From positions 38,998,001-39,062,000 of the forward strand of contig OZ260665.1 in the NCBI GenBank assembly GCA_965285935.1: a stretch of 64,000 nucleotides of DNA. Reading direction: 5' to 3'. The notes beneath the pieces are model-generated. The model saw nothing but the letters and a program-made list of their open reading frames with translations, searched no databases and was not told where the DNA came from. Shown here in pieces: positions 25,901 to 38,700 of this stretch. The stretch comes from Ophelia neglecta (Eukaryota). Made by a program: the position numbers and the translations under genes. Numbering within the stretch: the stretch's first letter is position 1; the number at the start of each line of letters is the position of its first letter.

Positions 25901-27579
25901 CCACCTCCACATTAAGTCAAAACCAATGTAACAGGAAATGACAAGGACTATAACCGAAAGGCCATTCGTAATGTATTACTAGGAAATTCAAATATGGAGG
26001 CAGTTTTACTCTGCTTTTGTACGTTGGGAGTAATTCAGTATTGGAATGAAGGTAATAGTTTCTTTCATTGATAAGGTGGAAATTAATTTATTCAAACATT
26101 GAAAATGTATTGAAACGTTGACAATGCTAAAGAAGGTGATTATTAGTTTATCAGACAAGGGCGATATATAATATATCGTTGGAACCAGAGTTAACTTTGT
26201 TTGAAATTTGAAAATGTTAAATAAAAACAATGACAACAAATTAAACTGTATTGTTAAAGCAAGATATTTGAGAATCATCATAGCACTGACCCTCCGACTG
26301 CAACGGAAAACGAAATGGCAGCTCAAAGAACATCCTTGATAACACACGTCAAAAAATATAAGGGAATAACTTGTGATATGGCACCTCGCCCCACACCCAT
26401 GGCCATCCCCGCGTTTTTACTGGTCTGTCAAAATTCAGAATATCACCTGAGTGCGTTCTCGTATAACGCCAGACCGCCTTTGGGAAGAGTCGTGCCCTCA
26501 TAATAGCTCGTTGAAAGCTCTCATTTGACCTTTGCATGTATACTAACCTTGCACAATATATCCAAGGGTGTATAGTTACCTCTCAAGATGAAGAGAGAAA
26601 CATTGTCAAAAAGATGGATCGCCTGCTTAAGGGTGAATGACAATTGCCTACTTCATGTTTAAATCGTTGTCCGGGTATTTCAGTAATTTAGCGAATATTT
26701 GTGCAGCAGATCAAATATTAAAATCACCTGCTTAGTTGTGCTTTACTATTCAGCTGCACTGTTGTATGATCAAACTTGTACCCATCACCTTTTGCCAAAG
26801 TAAAGTACTATTAAGAACGTCTTACTGTGCTTTGGGGCCCTATATGTGGATACATATAGGTCCTACAAGTTGTTCTGCTGGACAGCATGAAAACCATGGT
26901 GGGTGTCAGGGGGTTGAACTTTAATCCGACAAGACCGAGATCATATTCTTGGGAAAGAAATATAATCTAGCAGAATGGATACGATAAAGTTTCCCTTTTT
27001 TTTTAAAGAGAATGACTAAGGAGACTACAGAATAAAAATGACGCGAAACATTTAACTGATATTAATTGCAGTTAAAAGTAATTAACAGTTTTCCATGATA
27101 CGAGTTATTGTTCATAACAAGCGAGTCATTGTTGCACCCAGGACAAAGATGAAATGTGTTTCAGGAAGGGCTATGTTTATGTAAGCTCTGTCTTAATGTA
27201 AGAGGCTACAGATGAAAGAATACCGGGAACGGCATTGTACTGTAGTTTTCTAAACTCGGATCACAAGCCTATGTGGATTCTCAAATATATTGAAAAGACC
27301 TGCTACATCATATTGAATATCTCAGTCCATTTGAGTACCGGTGTGTTTCTAACTGGAACTTCTCTACCCTGTATATCACCCATTGTCTGGTTCAAGGTTT
27401 CGGCTAAAACAAACCATAAGAGACACCTTTCTTAAAACAGATTACCATAAAATAAATATAAGAAATTTAATAATTTTCATTTCACAAACTTAAGGTCATT
27501 GATATCAGCCTGGCCTGTCGACCTACTTAACTTCCTCGTGCCGTTTACTTTCATCCAGTTGGGTATTGAGCTGTGTTGC

Positions 27580-28050
27580 CATACTATCGGGACTCCATGG
27601 CAGGCCAACTGTGCTCCTTTGCGTTACGATTTATATTAATGAATAATTTGATAAAGCATTGCAAGTTGCACATAGCCAGAAAAGTAATATAGCTGATTTA
27701 TTTTCTTTGATGACAGGAACTACAGAAGCTATTGTAATTAAAGCTGGTGAAAACGTGATGACATTTTTATAACGTAAAGACACATTGACAGCCTTGATGA
27801 CTGTTCTTACATGGACGTGTTTTCTTGTTTTTATTGTTAAGTTAACGTCTTTATGAGAAAAAAGAGATTAGCTAAAATCTCCAAATAGTGATTTTTCTCT
27901 TCCCTGTGAGCAATATCCCGATTTCCTCAGCATATCGGACGTTTTACTCCGAGGCTTGTGGCCTGTGTAAATTCATATTCATTATTTGCTGAGGTTAACC
28001 TAAGACTACCTCTGCTGACCAAATTAGAGACCCAAGCTTTAGAAATCTGC
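27580..28050 (+). mobile_element. Penelope-like RT remnant (copy 2)
   Basis: Fragments IGTP..ANCAPL..DLY, LHIARK, DSLDDCSYMDV, LYEK and IVIFLFPVSNIPISSAY appear in the expected order; frameshifted. Confidence 0.8.
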
Positions 28051-29814
28051 GGATTAAAACTCTTACAAGGTGCAGATAATTATTGCACCAATGTATTACA
28101 TACGTATTGACTACTTCTGGCGTGGTAGAAAAACTTCTATCAAGCTTAAAAAAACCCGCTATACAAATGTTGTCCCTCATTGAGACTTCATAATATAGAT
28201 TCTAGGTTTGAATTTGAGCTCCTACGCCGTTGAAGATTACAATATATGTGACTGGTCCATTCCGCTAGCCTGGGAGCAATGTACACCTGCTCTGCTCTGA
28301 TATGGCATCGTATGTTGAAGATATACGTATTCAATCACAATGAAAGCAACACTATTCCACTTGATACAATTATCATTTCATTGTGTTATTGAGCATATAT
28401 TATACAGATTTCCTCTTGCATTCAACTAGGGCAACTGTCGGGTATCCACTCTCATTAAATACATTGGCAGAATATGTATTTAGGACAGATATGTGACTAG
28501 GTCAAAATATAGACTTTGTAAAAGTGAACAGTATGCACTGAATATTGCCATTTCACCAGCTTTACTGTACAGCATACAACTAGGGCAAAGCCGAATCTGA
28601 TTTGTTCATTTGTTATCATATCCAATGCAAATGCCAACCTATTTTAACTGGGGTAGGGTGAGTCATGGATGATACAATTATAATTCTATTACAAAAATTG
28701 ATTCTGCCCATAAACACACATATTATAAAACGATTAAAGAAACAAATACCAATTATGCACATCATTTTAGATTAGCGGAATTGTCAAATATATAGGCTGA
28801 ATTTTGGCCATTGATATAGATTTTAGATATAGGAAAAACGTTCTGAAACTACACCGTATTCAGCATTGCGGTAAATCAAGGGATCCAACTTGCATATTAA
28901 TAACCTGACAAAATGCCATCCTGGAGTGTTGTTGTTATAATGGCCGTTAGCTAGACAATGAAATAAATCATCTGCCCAAAATATATTACCCTGATTTTTT
29001 TACCAGAACACAATGGCCTTTCGAAAACAAATGTCGAAATTTTATGCAATGACGGTAAATATTGCTGTTTGGGTTGAGGAAATTGTCCCACTTTATGGTG
29101 TAATTTTAACAGGAAAAGGACATTATGATCAAATAACAGATTTATTGATAAAATACCCAGGCATTTAAGAGTTATAACAAGGAAAGATTGAATGGCGAGG
29201 TATGCAGTATAACGGCGATTAAATGGCACTTACAAACTAATCACGACCTTTCTAGCCTGGAAGATACAATAGGAAACTTTAGATGACGAAAAGGAAAGTA
29301 CAATTTATGTGCAAGTACAGTAAAACATGGTCTCTACATATCAAGGGTAAGTCGGGGTTTCGATACCTCGGGTTGTGACAAGAGGTGTCAATGAAAATAA
29401 AGTGAATATTCTATAGATAGAGGCTCCCCTGCTTTCAAAGCCTTGGCGCCGATTACGACCCGATTCATAGACTTAGCGGAAGCAACATTATTTCGGTCTG
29501 CATTGAGGGAAACGGAAGTGATAAAGCTTCAATGAGATAGTGCGCTCAGCATCCATAGATGTACTGGGGATTACCCGGTAGGCCATTTCTCTCAGACACG
29601 TCGACCCAGACATTGATCGGTCAGTCGTCAACAATAGTCTACATACAACATATGTATTTCACAACCTTTGGAGATACAAAATTAGTAAATACCATTTAGT
29701 AATAATTATATCCATCAAGTGTATAGGTGCCACGACATAAAGACATCAGATTAATAAATAAATGATTATATTTTGAATATATAGCTAAATATAGCAACAA
29801 ATATAGTTTACTTT

Positions 29815-29954
29815 TGCGGAAGAAACATCGCTACTTTAGGTTTATCACGTAGGACCAGTAGAGCACGATTCCTTTAAATACGTAATGCGAAAGAAACATC
29901 GCTACTTTAGGTTTATCACGTAGGACCAGTAGAGCACGATTCCTTTAAATACGT
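29815..29954 (+). repeat. 71-bp tandem duplication (2 copies)
   Basis: tgcgRaagaaacatcgctactttaggtttatcacgtaggaccagtagagcacgattcctttaaatacgt starts at 29815 and at 29886. Confidence 0.95.
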
Positions 29955-31529
29955 TTGTTATGATTGTCTCTTTCTGCGGAAGCAAGGCAAGATATTTTAC
30001 CTTGGTTATGCGGGTATTTGAAGGATTCCTTTTTATTCTTCCCATGGGAGGGGTCCTTATTTTCTGCGCCTATAAGAAAACATAAATGTACCCCCCCCCC
30101 CCCTCCGTCAATCGATTAGGATAAGTCTGTTAATGAGATCCAGCCATAGATATATATGGTATTCGAGCTTTCACAATACATGTGATTGAAAATGAAAACG
30201 GTCCCCCCACCCCGGACCAGTGATGCATACTGAACAATCAGGCGTGTTCTATATACTTAATTACATTGCAATTTCCAGACTTCCTGCCATATTTCATCGA
30301 TCACCATTATGTAGTCAGATATTTTTCAACGTGCCCTTTTTATCGCTAGTCAAAGTACCATTAGCAATGTGCTTTCTTCGCGAGTCGCCGGGTGGGCAGC
30401 TGCCTCGTAAGAGGTGGTTATCACGACTGCTCGACATGTTGCACCAATGTTGAGCTGTATTACATTATGTTTAGGCTGTGAAGAAGAAACAGTAACAAGC
30501 TTAAGCTAGGTGTATGCCTTTGCAATATAGAGCATTCATAGTACGCTTGATGTCTCTGAGAGTCACTTGGCAGTAATAGTGACCAGTACTATTTCTTCGC
30601 ATTTGACCTGTTCATCCTTTTTTGGGTAATATTCAAATAAGTTTTGTCCTGTCAGAATCTAACCATGATGATTGGCTAATGGCGTTGTCTACAGACATTT
30701 GACATTATAGTGTAAATATATCCCACTGAACACCAGAGCTAGATCTCCTAGTCTAGCTGCTTAAACGTACCGACTCGCTGTAACACCAAGTAGCTCTCCT
30801 TTGCAAGGCCGAATGGATAATAGAATGAAGCTAATGGCTGACGGACAGCTTAGTTAAATACAGCAATATTGGTTTCTGCGAGGCAAATATGGATTGGAAA
30901 ATAAGACTCGTCTCGGATATATACTATCGTACAACTATTATCTCAACCGCATGGTTGTCATAGCAATACTTAGTTGCATATTTATATATTGTCATTCGTT
31001 ACTTACAACAAAGGAATATATTGGACATTTTGATCAAGTTGCCAACAATATACACAAGTGGAAAAGCTAACCAATGGGCCTAACCCAATTCCTTGGGTGA
31101 ATATCGATCTGAACAAATCATGATGCATTTCGTTTCCATAAAATGAATCCCTAGAATAACATATTACATGTCAGGTCATCAGGACGACAATCAGCAATCA
31201 CGCAGCAAGCATTGAGTGCGAGGCAAATGGCATTTTTTTGTTGTTTCAATGAATCATCGAAACCGTCAATAGAACTCACTGTACTGATTTCTTCTCAAAG
31301 TATAAGCCTATTAAAAAGAATAAATCAGATAGCAGTCAACCGGAAAACATCAGGGGCTAGTGTTTGTTTGTTTCATAAACCACTTCCTCACAGATCCTTA
31401 TAAGGTCTGGAGCGCAGGAGGACACTGGTGATAATGCCATCGCATGTCTGTTATACCTGTGGAGACTAGTAATTGCAAGGGCTTGTTTCATAAACATATG
31501 TTTAAAGCCATATCATAATTTGGCCGTAA

Positions 31530-31940
31530 CCCATGATCTACTAATATTGCGAACGAGATGTCAGAGGAATGTTATCAAGAAAGGGAACTCATAATATGCA
31601 TATAAAGCCTACAGGGATCAAAACATTTAGGTGTTAACTAATAGGATATAGTTAGTGCAACATTACTAAGTACTTCATGAGGTGAATTTCACAATTTTTA
31701 TGGCCAATGGATGATTTCGATTTTCCAAAAGTTAACGTCCGATTCCTTGATTACAAGTTTCCCAGCCAGCAAACGTGGTGTACACTTTGAGAACTTTAGC
31801 CATGGTAAATGGCTGTGCCTTTCGATTTCACCTTAAGACCGGGCTGGCATCAACATTATTTTTCTCAAATTTACACATAATTATTTAACCAATTCATCCA
31901 AGTATAACACACGTCTTCGAGAACTTGTTGAATCATGTAA
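31530..31940 (+). mobile_element. Penelope-like RT remnant (copy 3, highly decayed)
   Basis: DDFDFPKVNVRFLD at ~31710 matches the RDDFxFxIVNFPFL motif also seen in copies 1 and 2. Confidence 0.55.
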
Positions 31941-32289
31941 AGAATTCCATCGGGTTTAAGAAGAGTCAATATATGTACGATCGATAATTCTCTTTTTTTG
32001 GACGGTTCGTGGGTCTGTATTAGTTGCCATTGTTTATTGTGCAACACGACCTAAGCAGTAAAAGACGTCAATGGTTTTGAGTTATCTATTCCATTCATCC
32101 AAGGGTCAAGGTCCATATGCATCTGCCACATATAACAAAGTATATTGCAGATGCACGTCATAATAAAAGCGTGACAGGTTTATTTACATGGTTAACATTT
32201 TATTAGACTATCAAAGAGATTTAATGCCATTTTCCTCTTAAGTATGCAGGGACCATTAACCTTCCTCTTTTAACCAGTATTATCTTTCC

Positions 32290-34500
32290 CCTGGGGCATA
32301 TTTCATTTCTATTCTACATTGGCCACTTACTCGTTTGTTTTGTGTTCTGACTCTCATCATGGAAATCTGTCAACTAATTCTCATTGCAAGCAATGTCAAC
32401 TTCACTTTTTCCTTCTTATATATATTCAATACAAGTTTATTCACAGTTTGGGAAATGATATATGTCGGTCTGTTGCTGCTGGTTTCTGTAGATTCGGACC
32501 GATTTTGTGGAATATGCTGGATGTCGATTAGTGATCATTCTGTGCCTGTTGGGTATACATTCCCGTATTTTTTTTCTTTTCTCATGGTCATCGGTTCTAC
32601 ATTATTTACCAGTTTTGAAATAAACTGTTATGTTGAGAATTTACAAATAGGGGCTTGCCTAAGATTGATCTCTTGTCAAGACGTTGGATAAGCTTTGCAT
32701 ATACTATTGTTGTTTTCTGTTTTCTATTTCTGTTAATTGGCCTTATTCTGGTTGATATGCGAAAATGACTGTACATTTCTTCACCACCATCAGGACGAAC
32801 TCAAGTTTGTCTTTGAGATTTATGTGTTTGGACGACATCAGTACCTTCGGGTTTTCGTCCTTATCTATAAGAAGCCATGGATGACACTTTTTTTCTGCGA
32901 TTTCTGTTAATTTGATCTACCAATGTTCTGACTACTTTAAATTGTGTGTTGTATTGACGTTCACAATATTCTTTATTACGATATCCAGATTATTTCTAGT
33001 CGACAGCACTCTTTAAAAAGGCTTAACACAGTGTATAAAGTGTGCTTGTGTTGCCGTGTTAATACTTGATGCTTTGTCGGCATAATACATGATGCTTCAC
33101 AGGTCTAAACAGTGTGCTTTTGTCTGCCCTATGTGAGGCGGAATGGAGCTCGGTCTGAATGATGTTTGGAAACCATCGGATTGCTCCTTGCACTCGACGA
33201 GTGTGTTATCTCAAAATACCCAAACATCCAAACCAATTATAAGGTGCAATGCGCTTTTGATCGCATCGATTTAGGTGATAATGCGCATTCCCGGGAGTGT
33301 GGGTATTAGTCAATCAATTAGTGGTCTCGACCCTGGTGACATTTTTTATGACATTCCTTTATTTGATTTCCGTTATGCTCATCCTGTCAACAGGTCGTTT
33401 AATATCCAAGTCAGTGGTGTATTTATCATGGGAAATAGCTTATTATCACCGCGGACAACACATTTGATGTCGTTTGTATTACCCTGGAGATATGTCCACT
33501 TCTAAGAGATACGCCAGACGTGAAGGATCCTTTTCAGATAGATACAAAGGTGCTTTGAGCTGTGACCAACTGGCTGCTCTATTCGGGGACGACAAGGTTA
33601 ATCCAGATAAAAAATTAAAGATAGAACTGCGTGAAACATAGAAATTAGTGGAGCAAATCTGGGATTTATTTGTGTCTTAGAGGTATTATAGTTTCCCTTT
33701 ATGTGTTATCTGATTTACTAGTGTATTGCCGTCTGGCCTCAGCCCGTAACAGTAGGTTATATCCGACATTTTGGAGAGTTGTTACAACGCAGGAAGAATG
33801 TTTAATGGCAACTCGTTGATCTAGGGCGAAAGAGAGTGTGTGCAAATGCATATTTTCAGTTTTTGAGGTTAATTTGAAAGATCTTAGATATTGGCTTCAT
33901 AAATTCGTCCAAATAGGGTGCAAATGCATATTTTCAGTTTTTGAGGTTAATTTGAAAGATCTTAGATATTGCCTTCATAAATTCGTCCAAATAGGGTATG
34001 TTCAAGTTTAGTTTAAGAATATGCATGTCAGTAGGCTGAATTGAGATATCTGGTGCTCGTCCTAGTTCATCATCACAAGTTCTTTCTTCTTCTGCCTCCT
34101 CTACCTCTTCTGCTCTCTGCTGTTTCTTCTGTTCCTTCCGTCTCTCATTCTCCTGTTCTTCCTCCGTTTTCCTCTCTTCTTTCTTCCTTTCAACCTCCTG
34201 GATATGTCTCCTGGTTTGTAACCTAAAATGTCTCCGAATAGTTTACCATCCCATCCCTTTGCAATTTTTCATTTCTATTTCTTGGCAAATCAACATTCTT
34301 ATCAGAATATCCATTCATATTCCTATCATTGATATTCATATGAATATGATATTCCTATCATTTCCTAACATTTTCTCGAGCTTTTATGTCCTCCGGGTTT
34401 ATATGGTATCCTACTGTCACTGTCTATATCGTCATATATGGGTGCCACCCATATACACCGTCTATGTCAAATTCCGATGCATTATCCATATTGTATGGTT
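32290..34500 (-). pseudogene. Unidentified decayed coding-like segment (transposon or endogenous virus relic?)
   Basis: The minus strand is A/purine-rich with protein-like open stretches (LQTRRHIQEVERKKEERKTEEEQENERRKEQ...LNIPYLDEFMKAISKIFQINLKN*; KCHPWLLIDKDENPKVLMSSKHINLKDKLEFVLMVVKKC) separated by stops. No family recognised. Confidence 0.35.
33840..33997 (+). repeat. 78-bp tandem duplication (2 copies, 1 mismatch)
   Basis: gtgcaaatgcatattttcagtttttgagg...cgtccaaatagg starts at 33840 and at 33918. Confidence 0.95.
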
Positions 34501-35723
34501 TTAAACTAGTCAATATTATCTTAATCAACCCTTTGATGATTTAATAAGTTGCTACAATACTAATATGTTAGCCCCGACGTACAGAGGAAAAAGTTAAGGA
34601 CTTGTGCTCAATGTTTCACGTCTGTGGGGCCTAATGTCATCGAAGTTTAATATTGGAAAATCGAATTTATGTCTTTATCATAAAGTCTTTAACTTTCAAG
34701 GCTATTCTCGTCTTAAAAGTACAAAACAAAGAACTATAACCATAGGGCCTATCAGTGGCGTCCTTTAGTTATAAATGCAGGATACATATCACTTAAAAAA
34801 TGTCTTAATAAGTATATGTTGTTGAAGGAAAATCAATAAACTATATACCTTAGTGAGGACGAATATTTTTGGCTATGTGCACAATCCAATGCTTAGCTCA
34901 TTAGTCATAAATTCGCATTCATTCATTCATAAGTGAAAAGATGTAATTCTACCACCGAAGGAGCACACTTGGTACCTATTGGAATGACAGCTGCTCTCTC
35001 GGGGAGCGATGACAAAGCTACGAGACAATCTAGACTCTTGAGTCAATACCAACATTCACTGTAACCTGACATGGCATTCAATGGGTAGCGGAGGTAGCTG
35101 AAAGATCTAATATAATACAAGGACACAGTGAAAAGTCGTATTCAGAATACAATGTATTGGTAACGTTCTATTCACCAAGGTCAAATTAAAAAAAAAACCG
35201 CTGTTTTATGATATCTTTCTGAATATGCATAGCAAGATCCGAAATTCAGAAATTTAAATCTTTCCTTACCAGCGTAAAACCATTATGATAAGCCTAACAT
35301 GTCGCCCGATCAAGGATTTTGCTTGCAAGACACTATGATCTTAATTATACATGTATGATGCATCCACAATATAAATTTTACCTGTATGGTAACCATAGAA
35401 AAAATCGTGAAAATGTATATGCTCAGATCATCTGTTTGTAACTTATATCACTAGTAAAAAACGAATGATTAGATTTGGTTCGCTACAGCTTTCAGTGAAA
35501 ACATATTTATATCCTAAATTCAGTGACATTGTACAATTAATACTTGTATCTCATACATATTAAAGGTACTACCTGTTCTTATTCACCACGCATACTAAGC
35601 AATGACGTTAAATTATTATCGGTTGCACGTACAAATTAACGTTCAAATGTTTGTGCCTCTAAATAAATGGACAAGATTTGATAGTTATTCAATGAATCGG
35701 CCTGATTGTGTTTTCTCTTCCAG

Positions 35724-38700
35724 TCCAGGCGACTTCAGCACAATATTATTCGGCAGAGGACACCACTCGAGCTTCACAGTTGTCAGACGAAATTATAAGA
35801 ATGATGGACGAAATCACCTCGGTGAAACATCTAAGTTCGGAAACAGAGCTCAGCCTGCGTCTGGGCGATATTGATAAATTCGTCCATTCGCAATTACGGA
35901 CAATGACTTCGGCCATCACTGAAGCTAGATCAATGAATGACACCCTAGATGATAATTTTGGTGAATTGCGCGAGTCCCTCACCAACATTTTAGGGCTCAT
36001 AGATACACTGGGGTATATTTTCAGCAGGACAATGCATATTGGAGAATCTAAATCCACCACAATCGGAGACATAGCTATGGTCATAAATCGACCAGATGCC
36101 GAGCAAAAACAGCTAACTAAATCCTTAACTAGCCCGTTTAGTAAGTCAAACATTCAAATCCCTGGTACAATGACTCTCTCGTCGGTGACTGAGGACACCG
36201 ATACCATTGTTTTCTATACAATTAGAAAACCTCAAGGCTTTCTGGAAACGAACGAAAATGAAACTATCGTCAGTGACATCATGTCAGCCTCCATATTTAC
36301 AAAACAGACTCACATTGTTGCCACCGCAATAAGGGCCCTATATGACCCGGTGATTATCACATTTGAGAAGACTACCCCCACATCTAGAAACCATATAGAT
36401 AACAACTCCTGTAAGTTCATGGAGTTTGCCAGAGGCGAATTTGCGTAAGTAGCTCTAACTTTTTGTGAACTGTATATACCAAGTAGTATGGAATTGTTAT
36501 GGTCTAAAGGAATTCACAATGAAACAAAAAACAATTGTTTCCGGGAGAAAAAATACGGTTTGTTTCAGCATTTTCCATAAAATAGTAATATGACAGCGTA
36601 TAGAAGTATCAATCCCCACTAACATAATGTGTCCAGTATGTTGTAGTAATTTAGATGGTATTCATCGGAACGTGTTATAATATTTGACCATTATATCATT
36701 TTAGGTGATTTTAGGTCATTATGGGCTCTCGGCCAGACATAGGTCATACATAAATGGTAGTATATAATTAGAGTCGTGGGCCACAAACACGAACTCAGTT
36801 CCACGGATGAGTTCGTATTAAGTAGTGTGAGGTTGTAACTTTCAATAACCATTTGAAAAAATCTATGAGTTGGTACTATACGAATGTTTGAAAAAATGGT
36901 GACAACTTTAAATGATATGTTCGCTGATAGGAAATCTGATGCAATGAGATGGCTCTTTGTACCATAATCATACGCCTACTTCGACCCACCCCATCTGCAT
37001 ATACTGCTAGTATTGTGTTGGGTACCATAGGTGTATTTTTTAAAGTTTGATATTTTTGTGTATTAAACATGGATAGGCGCAAGTTTTCTTGCAAAACATT
37101 TTTGTTACACCTGGACGAAAAAATACCTCTTAAATATTGCAATTACACACGAAATCCCAATTTGTGACGCCTCAGCATCCCGTATGGAAAAATGATGCTA
37201 GTCAGTTATGGTGAGGGCAAACCATCCTGACAGAATAATTGAACAGAGTGAATTTCCGCGTTATGCTCTTGAAGAATTATCTCATGCGACGGTCTTAATG
37301 CTTCATTGAAATACCAGTAACTACTTTTGGAGCGTCACACATTGCTGAAAAACTATCCTCGATCAATGATTCGTCCGTGGGCACTCTCCACAAAGCTAGT
37401 AGGAACAGAATCAATAGCCGTTGAATATAATTCAAACCTGTCAAAGGTCGATTGAAATGTCTGAATTATTCATCATTCTATGCCTGAGCGTTATGGTTAT
37501 TATGCCATCGACCCGTCTCTTTTCGCTGAGATATTGATAAGTTTGTGTTCAGTATATCATCTACTGCCTGCGTGCACGGAAGGTAGCACACGGACTCAGC
37601 GTTATAACATTCATAACTATAGCAAGGATTAGAACCTAGCATGATAGTTCTTATAGTCACTTGGATATACTCATATAATAGAATATCCTGCAGAGAGAGA
37701 TGAATATTGGTTGACTCTTGGAAAAAAAGGTATTATATTCATGCTTTTTTGTTATTTTAATGTAAGCGTAGACATGATAATACAAAAGAGTTCTTGGCTT
37801 CATTGAAGGCGAGAACGCTTCAATTCCTCATGGGCAGTTAATGCAGATAAAGTAATGAATAATCTTAAGATGCTGTTTCCACACCAGACATAATCGCTAT
37901 TTCTATTGCTGATGCATCCTATAAACTGCGTTGCTTTTTTAAATGTGGAATTTTAATTATTGACTGGTTTGATACACTATTTATTGTGAATAGTTTAATT
38001 TGTAAAACTGCCGGAGAGAGACACACTTCACTTCATCCGATCGTAGGTGGCGTTGAGACATGATTATATTCAATCATATTAAATTCTTATCAAATTAAAA
38101 TCACACTGTATGCTATATTTTATTGTATGAAAATGTTAAGACCGGATGAATTTTTGGGTTCCTTGAATATAAGGTTATTATATCCATTACTAAACAATTA
38201 TATTGACTCAGACCTGCTGAGGTTAATTTGAGAAACTTCTAGTCGTAGTTTGTAAATATCGGTCCACATTACCTTTTAGACAGAACGCAGGTCGATATAT
38301 ATCTCAGTAGCTGAACGCAATGCAGATCTCTGTATCAGCAACTTACTCAATTAATATTTGTTTGGTCTCCAGAAGTCTCTCTGTTATGTAAACACAGACA
38401 TGCGGCGTTTAGTTCATTGCATTAATGCGGATCTGGCCCTAATTTTTCGTGTTTATCCGAAACAATGGTAGCGGATACCTGATCATTAAAGTATTGTATA
38501 AACATGCAAATATATGCTCACCTAGAGATGAAAGCATTGTATTTATAAAAGGCACGGTTCCCTTTGTTTTTCTTGGACCATATAAGCTAATCGATTTCGT
38601 GAAAAAGTATCAGAATAGATAATTTGAAATATTCTTCGAATATATCTAATTATAATTATATCCATTTGCTTTCGAGAACGACTTGAGTGTATAGAAGTTT

